Source: Myxococcota bacterium
GTDB taxonomy: Bacteria; Myxococcota_A; UBA796; SXON01
Direction: 5' to 3'
Length of the DNA: 29,963 nucleotides
Assembly: GCA_040386535.1 (NCBI GenBank)
Contig: JAZKFH010000078.1
Location: forward strand, 1-29,963
The notes below the pieces were generated by a model. It was not told where the DNA came from, did not search any database, and saw only the letters and a program-made list of their open reading frames with translations. The position numbers and the translations under genes were made by a program. Shown here in pieces: positions 1-10,904 of the stretch. Each line of letters begins with the position of its first letter. The first letter of the stretch is position 1.

Positions 1-64
1 AACAGGTATCGCTCACGACGACAAATGTCCACTATTTGACTGCCGGATTAGTATCGAGGACGTC

Positions 65-169
65 GCGAGTTGTGACCGCCTTCGCGCGGGAATGCGGCCC
101 CAACCCGTGAGGACGTCGAGGACCCTGCGAGCTGTGGCCGCCTTCGCGCTCACTTGCGGCCACAACTGG
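65..169. repeat. Two imperfect 43-bp palindromic repeats, 62-bp period (65-107, 127-169)
   Basis: gcgagttgtgaccgccttcgcgc...tgcggccccaac vs gcgagctgtggccgccttcgcgc...tgcggccacaac; each copy can fold into a hairpin. Confidence 0.7.
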
Positions 170-339
170 AAGGAGGAGGTGTCACCCGCAAGCCGCGCGA
201 GGCGACCGGAGCGCGGCCGAGCGCAGCGAGGCCGGTCCGGCCGGCTCGGCGGCCGACCGAGGGCCTCCGGCCCGAGCGCGCAGGGCGCCGGCCCCGCGTC
301 CGCGCGGGGACGCGCCCGAACCAACTCCAACCAAATGTG

Positions 340-1313
340 TCACCCCAACCCACCCGCGAACGGCATCGCGCGCCATGCGTCGAGCGCGGGCGGCAGGCCG
401 CTCGCCAACAGGGGGAGCTGCGGTACGAGCGCGAAGGCGGTCACGACCTGCAGCATCCGGGCCGTGTTCATGACGCGGAGGACCTCGGGGTCGTGGGGAC
501 AGAGGCCGAGGCGGTCGGCGGCGGCGTCGTAACCGTGGGCGTCTTCGGGGGTGCAGCCGGCGAGGTCCCACTCGATGGGGCCGAGGGTAACGTCCTCGAA
601 GTCCGCGAAACGGAGGCCGCTGGTGGTGCGGATGACGTTGTACGACGGGGCGTCGCCATGGAGCGTCTGCACGGAGGCGTGGGGGAACGCGGCGGCGAAG
701 CGCTCGTGGGAGGAGAGCACGGGTTCGAGGACCGCCCACTCGCGCCGCGCGCGGTCGAGGTCGGCGGGGGCGAGCAGGCCCGGATGCGCCGCGAGGAAGG
801 CGAGGCCCGACGGCACCGAGCGCGTGACGGGCGAGAGGAAGGGGAGGGCGGCCGTGGGATGGTCGCGCAGGGCGGCGTGCAGCTCGGCCGTGACGGCGCT
901 GTCGGTGGCGGCGTACGGGGCGTGATCGGCGGCCACCTCGACGAGCTCCCAGAAGGTCATCGAGCGCTCGCCCTGCCGTACGGGCGCACGGGGCACGCCC
1001 GGGGACGGCGCGACGACGGGCACGCCGCGGGCCGCGAGCCAGGCCACGACATCGAGCTCACGCTGCTGGCGGACGAGCTGGGCGGCTATGTCGTGCCCCG
1101 GCGCCATCACGACGGGCACACGCGCTACGACGGGCGCGGGCGCGAGGTGGACGACCACGGAGAACACGTCGTGCAAGACGACGGGCGCGCGGACGTCGAG
1201 CCCGAGCGCGCGCCCGGCGACCGCCGCGGCGTCGACGACGGAGGCGGTGCGCGCGGCGAGCTCGGCGGGGCCGAGCGGTGTCACAATCGATTCGACCTTC
1301 ATCCTGGGCTCCT

Positions 1314-1317
<4 letters not shown>
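340..1317 (-). CDS. Aminoglycoside phosphotransferase (APH/kinase-like) family protein
   Basis: C-terminal part of ORF 340..2820; start MKEPRMKV overlaps the ABC-F stop (ATGA); LHGDAPSYN catalytic loop and ADFED metal-binding motif. Confidence 0.85.
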
Positions 1318-2909
<1,592 letters not shown>

Positions 2910-2919
2910 GCGTGCTCCA

Positions 2920-2980
2920 AAGTCAGTGCGTGAAACGGCACGGGGGACTTCAGAGGCGGATGTTCACCGACAGATCTCCA
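2920..2980 (-). promoter_or_regulatory. Putative translational attenuator: uORF 2950-2967 (GTG AAC ATC CGC CTC TGA, MNIRL) plus hairpin next to the ABC-F RBS
   Basis: Minus strand reads GGAGA-tctgtcg-GTG...TGA, then AAGTC..GTGC..GCAC.GACTT pairing immediately before GGAGcacgcATG. Confidence 0.55.
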
Positions 2981-3122
2981 GACGGGCGTTTGCTAATCAG
3001 GGCCCGCGGGGGTGGCAAGGGGGCGGATCGTCGTGCGCACCGCGGGCACTCTGGGGCGGGCGCCTCCGAGCCGATACACGCGCCCTCGGGCGGACCCAAG
3101 CCGCCACGCGCGCCGCCAAGGT

Positions 3123-3290
3123 GAGTCATGCCTTCGCGAACGCCGCTAAATCAGAGTCATGCCCCCTTGAACGCCCGCTTCGAACGTCGCGACGCGCGCC
3201 TGCCACGGAACAAGCGGCATTTTTCGGAACGCCCGGTAGCTCCGGCGCGCGCCGCGGCCTGTTCCCTCAGCATTCAGCTGGGCATGACTC
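3123..3290. repeat. GAGTCATGCC-N5-GAA(C/T)GC motif: two direct copies (3123, 3154) and one inverted copy (ending 3290)
   Basis: gagtcatgccc 3154-3164 is the exact reverse complement of gggcatgactc 3280-3290. Confidence 0.65.
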
Positions 3291-3378
3291 CGTGCCGCGT
3301 CCATTCACGGGCACATGGCCCGAGGCGAGCGCCCCAAGCCTCCTGCCCCGGCGGCAAGGCACGCCGCCGGTGAGCGCG

Positions 3379-3786
3379 TCAGCCCCCCTTCGCCACCACC
3401 CTCCCGGTCCAGATCGTGATCGCGAAGCCCCCCTGGGGCTGGGCCACCATCGGGTCGGCGGGGGTCTCGTTCCGCGGCTCCCCACCCGTGACCTCGACGA
3501 GCACTTGCACCGGCGCCTCCGGACGGCCGCCCAGCGCCGCTTCGAGGCTCGCGAGGTCCAGCACGTAGCGGGTGTACGCGGCGGACTGGCGCCGGGAGTC
3601 GGGGTGGAAGGTGACGGTGCCCGCGGCGTCGTCGTAGGTCAGCTCCTCCGGGTCCAGCGTAAGGGTGCGTCGTGACGCTTCGGCGGCGGCCGGGGCCGCG
3701 GGAACGGTCTCGGCGGGCGGAGCCGGGTGGAGCGAGCACGCCAGCAGCGGGGCGGCGAGGAGGGTCGCGAGCAGGGAACGGTGCAT
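3379..3786 (-). CDS. Hypothetical lipoprotein
   Basis: MHRSLLATLLAAPLLAC lipobox; GC-rich third codon positions. Confidence 0.7.
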   Translation of the reverse strand: MHRSLLATLLAAPLLACSLHPAPPAETVPAAPAAAEASRRTLTLDPEELTYDDAAGTVTFHPDSRRQSAAYTRYVLDLASLEAALGGRPEAPVQVLVEVTGGEPRNETPADPMVAQPQGGFAITIWTGRVVAKGG

Positions 3787-4028
3787 CCGGGCCCCATAGC
3801 GCAGGGTGGGGCGGTCGGGGAGCGCGCGCCGCTCCCGACGCAGCGGGGCGCGACTCCGGCGCGGACGCCGGAGCCGGGTGCCTTCCAGGGTCGGGCCGGG
3901 GGCCCTCCGTCGTCCCGCTGCGTGCGGGCCGACCGTCGCGGGGCACGAGCGGCGGCGGATCGTCGTGCCCCCCGCGGCCCGCGCCGCCTTCCAGTCCCCC
4001 TCGCGCGCGTGCCCGTTAGCTTCGAGGG

Positions 4029-4748
4029 ATGGCGAAACGCCCCACCGAGCCCCTCGATGCCGACTCTACCCGCCTCGACACTGTCCTCGCCGACCTGCGC
4101 GCACTCGCGACGACGAAGACCCGCGACGGGATGGCCCGTTTTGCGATCCCGTCGACCCACGCGCTCGGGGTGGCCGTCGGGGACATCCGGGACCTCGGCA
4201 AGCGCATCGGGCGCGACCACGCGCTCGCCGTGTCGCTCTGGAGCACCGGTGTGTACGAGGCGCGGATGCTCGCCGCGTTCGTCGACGAGCCCGCCCGCGT
4301 GACGCCGGCCCAGATGGACCACTGGATCGCGGAAACCGACAACTGGGCCATCTGCGACCACGTCTGCTTCCACCTGTTCGACCGCACGCCACACGCCTTC
4401 GCGCGGGTCACCGCGTGGGCCGACCGCCCCGAGGAGTTCGTCAAGCGTGGCGCCTTCGCGCTGCTCGCCGCGCTGGCCCTTCACGACAAGGCCGCCCCGG
4501 ACGACGCGTTCCTGGCGTGCCTGCCGCTGATCCCGCGCGCCGCGGACGACGAGCGCAACTTCGTCAAGAAGGGCGTGAGCTGGGCCTTGCGAGCGATCGG
4601 TCGTCGCAACGCTCGGTTGAACGATGCGGCGGTGCCCGTCGCGCTTGCGCTCGCCGCGTCGTCGGCACCGGCACCTCGCTGGGTCGGCAAGGACGCGCTC
4701 CGCGAGCTCACGAGCGCGGCGGTCGTGGCGCGGCTCGCGCGCCCCTGA
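4029..4748 (+). CDS. DNA alkylation repair protein (AlkD-like HEAT-repeat glycosylase family)
   Basis: LWSTGVYEARMLA, DNWAICDHVC, DERNFVKKGVSWALRAIG motifs. Confidence 0.88.
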   Translation: MAKRPTEPLDADSTRLDTVLADLRALATTKTRDGMARFAIPSTHALGVAVGDIRDLGKRIGRDHALAVSLWSTGVYEARMLAAFVDEPARVTPAQMDHWIAETDNWAICDHVCFHLFDRTPHAFARVTAWADRPEEFVKRGAFALLAALALHDKAAPDDAFLACLPLIPRAADDERNFVKKGVSWALRAIGRRNARLNDAAVPVALALAASSAPAPRWVGKDALRELTSAAVVARLARP

Positions 4749-4849
4749 ACCGCGCGCTCCGTGAACGGCGGGACGCTTTCCATTCGTGCAAAACGGATGC
4801 CCGCCGCTGCGTGTTGGCGCCCGGCCGCGCGGGGCCGATGATTCCTTCC

Positions 4850-5653
4850 ATGAAGACCTTCGAGTTCACAGGCAAGACGGTGGTGGTCACGGGCGCCTCG
4901 GGCGGCATCGGCGAGGCTTTTGCGCGCGCGTTGTCCCGACGCGGCGCCACGTTGGTGCTGGTCGCGCGTACGGAAGCAAAACTCACGGCCCTGGCCGCGG
5001 AGCTCGGCAACGCGTACGCGGTCCCCGTGGACCTCACCGAGAAGGGCGCGGCACGCCGGGTGTTCGACGCGGTGACCGCCCGCGGCCTCGATGTCGACGT
5101 GCTCGTCAACAACGCCGGGTACGGGCTGCACGGCCCCTTCGACGCCCTGCCCCCGGCGTCCCAGCGCGAGCAGATCGACCTGAACGTCGGCGCCCTCGTC
5201 GACCTCACCCAGCTCTTCCTGCCCGCGATCCAGCGGCGCCGCGGCGGCATCATCAACGTTGCCTCCGTCGCCGGCTACCAGCCCACGCCCTACATGGCGG
5301 TCTACGGCGCGACCAAGGCGTTCGTGCTGTCGTTCAGCGACGCGCTCTGGGCCGAGATGAGTCCGTACGGCGTGCGGGTGCTCTGCGTCTCGCCGGGGGT
5401 GACGGAGACAGGGTTCTTCGAGCGCTCCGGCGAAGGCGCCGCCGGAGGGCTCGCGGGCAAGAAGGCGAGCCCCCACGACGTCGTGCGTGTGGCGCTCGCG
5501 GCGTTCGACGCTGGGCGGTCGTCGGTGGTTCACGGGGCCGCCAACACGATGCTGACGATGGCGACGCGCTTCTTCAGCCGCGCATTCGCCGCCCGGGCGA
5601 TCGCCACCCTGACCCGTCCGAAGGACCTCGCCCTGCCGGACCACACGGCCTGA
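4850..5653 (+). CDS. SDR family oxidoreductase
   Basis: VVVTGASGGIG, LVNNAG, YGATK catalytic motif; alternative start at 4838. Confidence 0.92.
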   Translation: MKTFEFTGKTVVVTGASGGIGEAFARALSRRGATLVLVARTEAKLTALAAELGNAYAVPVDLTEKGAARRVFDAVTARGLDVDVLVNNAGYGLHGPFDALPPASQREQIDLNVGALVDLTQLFLPAIQRRRGGIINVASVAGYQPTPYMAVYGATKAFVLSFSDALWAEMSPYGVRVLCVSPGVTETGFFERSGEGAAGGLAGKKASPHDVVRVALAAFDAGRSSVVHGAANTMLTMATRFFSRAFAARAIATLTRPKDLALPDHTA

Positions 5654-5699
5654 CGCCCCGGTTCGTATCGCCGCCATCCGCGCTATGAGCTTTCCATCC

Positions 5700-6623
5700 A
5701 TGGAAAACAAGCTCCCCGCCTGGGACGACCTCCGCGTGCTGCTCGCCGTCCACCGCGGCGGCAGCTTCCTCGCCGCCGGGCTCGAGCTCGGGTTGTCGAC
5801 CTCGACCGTGGCGCGGCGGATCGGGGCGCTCGAGCACGACCTGGGCCACGCCCTGGTGCACCGCACCTCGCAGGGGGCGCGAATCGAGACCGGCGCCCTC
5901 GCGCTGATCAAGCTCGCGCAGGACTTCGAGCAGTCCCTCGCGGCCCATCGACGGGACACCCGCTCGTCGTTCGTCGGCGTCGTCCGCGTCTCCTTGCCCG
6001 ACGGCTTCGCCATCGGGGCCGCCGAAGCGGCCGCGCGCTTCTGCCGCCTGCACCCCGAGACCTCCGTGGAGGTGATCTCGGAGCTGCGCTTCGTCGACCT
6101 CGCCGCTCGGGAAGCCGACATCGGCGTCCGCACCCGGCCGTCGTCCTCTCCCGTGCTGATCGACAAGCCGCTCGGCGCGCTCGCCCACGGCCTGTACGCG
6201 AGCGAGGACTACCTCGCGCGCCGGCTCCCGCGGCGCTTCCTCGGCGCGGGCGACTACGAGGCCCAGGACTTCGTGGTCGAGGACGAGCTCCCTGGCGGGC
6301 GCGGCGCGGCGCAGTGGTTGATCGCGCGCGGCGCACGCCGGTTTCCCTTCCGCTCGAACGCAACGGACGCGCGCTTGCACGCGGCGAAGTCCGGCCTCGG
6401 GCTTGTCGTCTACGGGATCGGCGAGGGCCCCCGGCACCCGGGGCTGGTGCGCGTCGACCTCGAGGCACCGCTGCCGACGATCCCGTTCTTCCTCACGTTG
6501 CACCACGACCTGCGCAAGATCCCCCGGATCCGTGGCTTCGCCGCCGCCTTCGAGGCGGTGTTCGCCGAGCACATGGCGGCGCAACAGGCCGTCCTTGCGC
6601 AGCTGGCCGTCGGCCGAGGGTAG
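5700..6623 (+). CDS. LysR family transcriptional regulator
   Basis: WDDLRVLLAV..GSFLAAGLELGLSTSTVARRIGALE HTH; DLAAREADIGVR; alternative start at 5685. Confidence 0.92.
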   Translation: MENKLPAWDDLRVLLAVHRGGSFLAAGLELGLSTSTVARRIGALEHDLGHALVHRTSQGARIETGALALIKLAQDFEQSLAAHRRDTRSSFVGVVRVSLPDGFAIGAAEAAARFCRLHPETSVEVISELRFVDLAAREADIGVRTRPSSSPVLIDKPLGALAHGLYASEDYLARRLPRRFLGAGDYEAQDFVVEDELPGGRGAAQWLIARGARRFPFRSNATDARLHAAKSGLGLVVYGIGEGPRHPGLVRVDLEAPLPTIPFFLTLHHDLRKIPRIRGFAAAFEAVFAEHMAAQQAVLAQLAVGRG

Positions 6624-6647
6624 GCGCCCGTACGCGATTCCGCGTCG

Positions 6648-8042
6648 TCAGCGAAAGCCGAACATCCCGAGCACCCACGGGCCCGTGCCCGCGAGCACCA
6701 GGCAGCCGCCCACGAGGAGCACGAGGCCCGGCACGGCGATGTCGCCCGCGCGCGCGCCGGCGCCCACGGCCATGGCGTTCGGCGGCGTGCTCACGACGAA
6801 GGGCATGCCGAACGAGGCGGCGAGCGCCACGAGGATGGGGGCGCTCGGCACGTCGGGGAGCACGGCCATGGCGAGGGGCACGAGCAGGGCGGCGGTGCCG
6901 GTGTTGCTCATCACGGCGGACAACGTCGCCGCGGCGGTGAGGAGCGCGAGGAGCCGCAGCCCGGGCGGCCCGCCGACGCTCGCCAACCCCGCCGCGACGG
7001 GGGTGAGCAGGCCGGTGGCCTCGACGAGGCGGCCCAGCGCGATGCCGCCGGCGATGAGCAGGAGCGTCGACCAGTCGACATCACGCAGGCGCGCCGCCGG
7101 GACGAGGCCCGTGCCGAACAACACGGCGGCGAGCGCGAGGGACACGGTCGGCGCGTCCACGCCGTGGAGCGGCTCGGTGAGCCACGCGCCGATGGCGACG
7201 AGGGCCACGATGCTGATGAGGACGGGGCGGGGTGGGGGCTCGGTGGTGGTGGCGAGCGTTTCCGGGGTGACGACGGGGGCGTCCGGCGCGACGCCGCTGG
7301 TCCCCTTGCCACCGACCCGGTGCAGCACGTAGAGCAGGCCCACCGCCACCCCGAGCGCGAGGACCACGAGGGGCACGGCGAACGCCATCCACGCGACGAA
7401 CGAGATCGGCTCGGCCAACGCGGCGATGGCGATGGCGTTGGGGCCGCTGCCGATGGGCGTCGCCATGCCGCCGAGGTTGGCGCCGAGCGCGACGGCCACC
7501 AGCACGGCGCGACGAAGCCGGTCGTCGCCGGGGCACAACGGGCGCACACACGCCACCATCAGCGCCGCCGCGGCGATGTTCGACATCCACATCGACAGGA
7601 ACGCCGTCGTGAGCGCGATGGCCGCCACGAGCCGCCGTGGGTGCCCGTGGGTGTGCCGTACCGCCGCGGCGGCAAGCTTGCGGTCGATCCCGTGCACCCG
7701 CGCGGCCTCGCCGAGCACGAACCCCCCGAAAAACAGCGCCAGCACGGGATCGGCGACCCAGCCGAGCACGTCGCGCGTGGAGAACGCGGGCAGCGCGAGC
7801 GGCACGGCGACGAGCAGCAGCAGCGTCGGCACGAACGGGGGCACGACCTCGGCGAGCCACAAGGCGAGCACCACGCTGCAGAGCGCGCCCGCCCACGCGG
7901 CGGCGGGATCGGCGAACCCGGCCACGCTCGCCCCGGCGCCCACCGCGGCGGCCACGATCGCGAGGCCCCAGCGGAGGCGGGAGGGGGGCGCCGGCGGGAG
8001 GGGCGCCGGGCTGGGCTGGGCGAGCGGGCTCGGCGTGGACAT
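6648..8042 (-). CDS. SLC13/DASS family anion transporter
   Basis: Many TM segments; SMWMSN, GGMATPIGSGPNAI, MSNTG, STPPNAM motifs. Confidence 0.88.
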   Translation of the reverse strand: MSTPSPLAQPSPAPLPPAPPSRLRWGLAIVAAAVGAGASVAGFADPAAAWAGALCSVVLALWLAEVVPPFVPTLLLLVAVPLALPAFSTRDVLGWVADPVLALFFGGFVLGEAARVHGIDRKLAAAAVRHTHGHPRRLVAAIALTTAFLSMWMSNIAAAALMVACVRPLCPGDDRLRRAVLVAVALGANLGGMATPIGSGPNAIAIAALAEPISFVAWMAFAVPLVVLALGVAVGLLYVLHRVGGKGTSGVAPDAPVVTPETLATTTEPPPRPVLISIVALVAIGAWLTEPLHGVDAPTVSLALAAVLFGTGLVPAARLRDVDWSTLLLIAGGIALGRLVEATGLLTPVAAGLASVGGPPGLRLLALLTAAATLSAVMSNTGTAALLVPLAMAVLPDVPSAPILVALAASFGMPFVVSTPPNAMAVGAGARAGDIAVPGLVLLVGGCLVLAGTGPWVLGMFGFR

Positions 8043-8197
8043 TGGTGGCGCCCTCTACCTTCCCCCAGGGTCGGCGGCGAAGGAGCCTCTCTTTGGGGCG
8101 GGAGGGGCGGGCGTGCAGCTTCGCCGCCGCGGCGGGAAGCGCTGCCGCGGATGGATTATGCTGGACTCGTCCGCGCGCTTTGCCATCAGGAGTGCAG

Positions 8198-8629
8198 ATG
8201 TTCCGTCACATCCTCGTCCCCGTCGACTTCTCCGAGCATTCCAAGGTCGCGCTCCGGCTCGCCGTCCAACTCGCGCGCGCCCACGGCGCCACACTCACGC
8301 TCCTGCACGTCGGGAGCGAGCCCGGGCTCTACGTCGGCGGCCCCGACATCCCGCTCGTGCTCGTGGCGCAGTACGAGGAGATGGCCGCGGCGGAGGGCCA
8401 CGAGGTCGAGCGCCTGGCCCGCGAGGAGGTGCCGCCCGACGTGACGTGGCGCGTCGAGCTGCGCGACGGCTACCCCCCGGAGACCATCCTCGCCGCGGCG
8501 GAGTCGACCGGCTGCGATGTCATCGTGATGGGCACGCACGGCCGCACCGGCCTCGGGCGCGCGCTCCTCGGCTCGGTGACGGAGCGGGTGCTGCACCACG
8601 CCAAGGTCCCGGTGCTCGTGACGCGGTGA
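8198..8629 (+). CDS. Universal stress protein (UspA family)
   Basis: MFRHILVPVDFSEHS...IVMGTHGRTG...LGSVTERVL; AGGAG RBS. Confidence 0.93.
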   Translation: MFRHILVPVDFSEHSKVALRLAVQLARAHGATLTLLHVGSEPGLYVGGPDIPLVLVAQYEEMAAAEGHEVERLAREEVPPDVTWRVELRDGYPPETILAAAESTGCDVIVMGTHGRTGLGRALLGSVTERVLHHAKVPVLVTR

Positions 8630-8632
8630 GGT

Positions 8633-8658
8633 CGGGGCGGGCGGGCCCGCTCGCCCCG
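8633..8658. terminator. GC hairpin between convergent USP and hemerythrin genes
   Basis: cggggcgggcg-ggcc-cgctcgccccg; no U-tract. Confidence 0.45.
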
Positions 8659-8668
8659 TTCGCGACGC

Positions 8669-9397
8669 TCACCCCTTCGCGGTGACCGGCGTCTTCGCGC
8701 GGGCGAGAGGTTTCGCCTCGGCCTTGGGTTGGGCCTCCGGCTTCGTCTTGGGAGCGGCCTTCGCCTTGGGGGCCGGCTTCGCCTTCGGGGCGGGCTTCGG
8801 CTTGGGCGTCGCCGTGGCGTCGGGCTTTGACTTGGCGGCGGGCTTCACGGTCGTGCTCGCCGCGGCCTTCGTCGGCTTCCTGGCCTTCGGCGCGGGCGTG
8901 GCGCCCTCGGCCGCGAGGAGCCGGTCCCGTGCTGCGGCGTACGCGGTCGCCATCTCGATCTGCCGCGCGGACGTGAGCACCCGGCGCGCCTTCGGGAAGA
9001 ACTTGTCCTCCTCCTCCTTCACGTGGTGCTCCACGTTCTCGGTGAGGACGTGGAACTTCGCCATCCACTGTTCCCCGCGCTTCATGGCGCGGAGCTCGGC
9101 GACGAGCACCTCGATGACGTGGTGCTCCTGCTTCGCCTCGAGCGACAGGTCGTGCGTTCCCTCGATCGCCTCGAGCGCGCTGTAGAGTACCTCCTCCTCG
9201 GCTTTCGCGTGGGCCAGGAGCAGCGCGGCGAGCCGCTCGAAGGTGGACGCTGGCGCGGGCTCGCCCGACTCGGGGTGCTCGACTTGCTCCATCAAGACGC
9301 TGGCCTCGCGGTGCTCCCGCTTGAGGACCGCGAGGATGCCGTTCGGAGTGAGGCCACCGCCACTCACGAAGTCGAGGATGGTTGCCATGAATGTCAT
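8669..9397 (-). CDS. Hemerythrin domain protein with Lys/Pro/Ala-rich C-terminal tail
   Basis: EH, HAKAEEEVLY, QEH, HHVKEEE motifs; AGGAGG RBS; alternative start at 9388. Confidence 0.85.
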   Translation of the reverse strand: MTFMATILDFVSGGGLTPNGILAVLKREHREASVLMEQVEHPESGEPAPASTFERLAALLLAHAKAEEEVLYSALEAIEGTHDLSLEAKQEHHVIEVLVAELRAMKRGEQWMAKFHVLTENVEHHVKEEEDKFFPKARRVLTSARQIEMATAYAAARDRLLAAEGATPAPKARKPTKAAASTTVKPAAKSKPDATATPKPKPAPKAKPAPKAKAAPKTKPEAQPKAEAKPLARAKTPVTAKG

Positions 9398-9624
9398 TTG
9401 GCCTCCTGGGGGTGCGAGGGGGGGCACGCCGTCGCCTGGGTCTTCATGACGCTCCCGAGTTGTTCTTGTGTCATAAGGAGGGCCCACGTGGACCGCCTCG
9501 TGACATTGGCGGGGAGTGACGCATGGTCACACCGGCGGGCGGCGCACGTAGGATCCGCATGGTCTGCCACAAAAAAGCACAACCCGGCGGGAGGACCGCG
9601 CATCGCTCGAGGGCCGCGCATCGC

Positions 9625-10776
9625 TCACTTCTTGCCGAACAACCCTTTCTTCTTCTCCTTGGGCTCGGCCTCGGGTGCAGGCCCGACGACGTCATTCATG
9701 CTGACCTCGTGGTCCAGGCCGCGGAACAACGCCTCGATGAAGGCGTTTCCGACCGCGCTGAACACCGCCGGCCAGGCCCCCACCTTCGGATTGTCGAGCT
9801 TTCCCGAGAGCGGAACCTTGAGCGCCACCCGACCGGTCTTGTCGTTCTGGAGCACTCCCTTGGCGCCGCCGACGAGCGCCTCCCATGCGAGGCGGAGCGG
9901 GCCGTCCTTGTCTTCCTCCACCTCCTTCTTCAGGCTGAACACCTTCATGTCCGCGAACATCGGCTTCACGTAGCCGTCGAACGCGCCGTTCGAGGCCGCG
10001 AGTTCGGCGTAGATCTCCATCGTCCCGGCCTCGACGTCCACCAGCGCGTACTTCGTGATGTACTCGTTGAGGCGGGTGACCGGCACCGCTTGGAGCTGGG
10101 CATCCAGGTCGAACGTGGGGGCGTCGGCGTACGGATCCACCACGGCGTGGACCTTGAGATCGCCGAGATCCAAGGGGCGCCCCGACGCGTCCACCGTAGC
10201 GACGAGCGTGCCCGCGAGGTCCTGGCTGTTCGTCAGGTTGTAGGCCTCGACCCGGAGCTCGGTCATGCGCAGGTCGATGGAGGGCTTCGTGGCATTCTCC
10301 GACGGGAATTCGACGTAGTGCACGTCGCCGTCGTACACCGCGAAGCGGTTGATCTCGAGCGGCACCAGGTCCTTCACCTGCTTGCGCCAATCCACCTCGG
10401 CCCCGGCTTGATCCGACGCGGCCGTGGCGCCGTTGACGAAGTTCACGCGGGGCCGGTGCACCTCCACCTCGGCGACCAGCGCGCCGTCGAACAGCGCCTT
10501 CCACTCCACGGAGAGGTCGATGCTGTCGATCTCGAGGAAGGGGATCGGGGACGTGCCGCCCACCTTCGTGATCACGACGCGATTGATCACATAGGCGCCC
10601 CGCAGCAAGGCGATGTCGATGTCGTCGACATGGCCGTGATAGTCCGGGTTGGTCGCGAGGAGATGGTTGACGTACTTCTTCACGATCGTCGGGAGCGCGA
10701 GGCGAAGGCCGATGAGCAGGACGCAGAGCACCCCCAGGACGATCAGTACCTTCTTCTTCTTGCTCACACGCGCCAT
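9625..10776 (-). CDS. DUF748 (AsmA-like) domain protein
   Basis: N-terminal TM anchor; YHGHVDDIDIALLRGAY, GYVKPMF, NAFIEAL motifs typical of this family. Confidence 0.75.
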   Translation of the reverse strand: MARVSKKKKVLIVLGVLCVLLIGLRLALPTIVKKYVNHLLATNPDYHGHVDDIDIALLRGAYVINRVVITKVGGTSPIPFLEIDSIDLSVEWKALFDGALVAEVEVHRPRVNFVNGATAASDQAGAEVDWRKQVKDLVPLEINRFAVYDGDVHYVEFPSENATKPSIDLRMTELRVEAYNLTNSQDLAGTLVATVDASGRPLDLGDLKVHAVVDPYADAPTFDLDAQLQAVPVTRLNEYITKYALVDVEAGTMEIYAELAASNGAFDGYVKPMFADMKVFSLKKEVEEDKDGPLRLAWEALVGGAKGVLQNDKTGRVALKVPLSGKLDNPKVGAWPAVFSAVGNAFIEALFRGLDHEVSMNDVVGPAPEAEPKEKKKGLFGKK

Positions 10777-10822
10777 GAGGACCGCTCCCGAGGTGAGCAG
10801 GTAGTAGCCGCTCGGGTCTGTG

Positions 10823-10836
10823 TTGATTGTGATCAG
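10823..10836. promoter_or_regulatory. FNR/CRP-family-like box
   Basis: TTGAT-tgtg-ATCAG, 9/10 match to TTGAT-N4-ATCAA, in a divergent intergenic region. Confidence 0.35.
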
Positions 10837-10904
10837 ATGTCACCGCGCCCGCCTCGCCGGCGTTGCCAGGAGTACGAGAGCCTCACCCAAACCGGAGTGT
10901 TCCA

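Noticed and set aside
200..313. 12-13-bp matches (cggagcgcggccg, gcgcggggacgc) to 19747-19812
   Set aside because: Nearly all G/C; cannot be distinguished from chance without computation.
9517..9531. GTGAC-GCATG-GTCAC palindrome upstream of hemerythrin as a CRP site
   Set aside because: Spacing is one base longer than the CRP consensus; a 5-bp arm alone is weak evidence.
9591..9626. 18-bp tandem duplication gagg(a/g)ccgcgcatcgctc at the DUF748 stop
   Set aside because: Only two copies; most simply a local slippage event.
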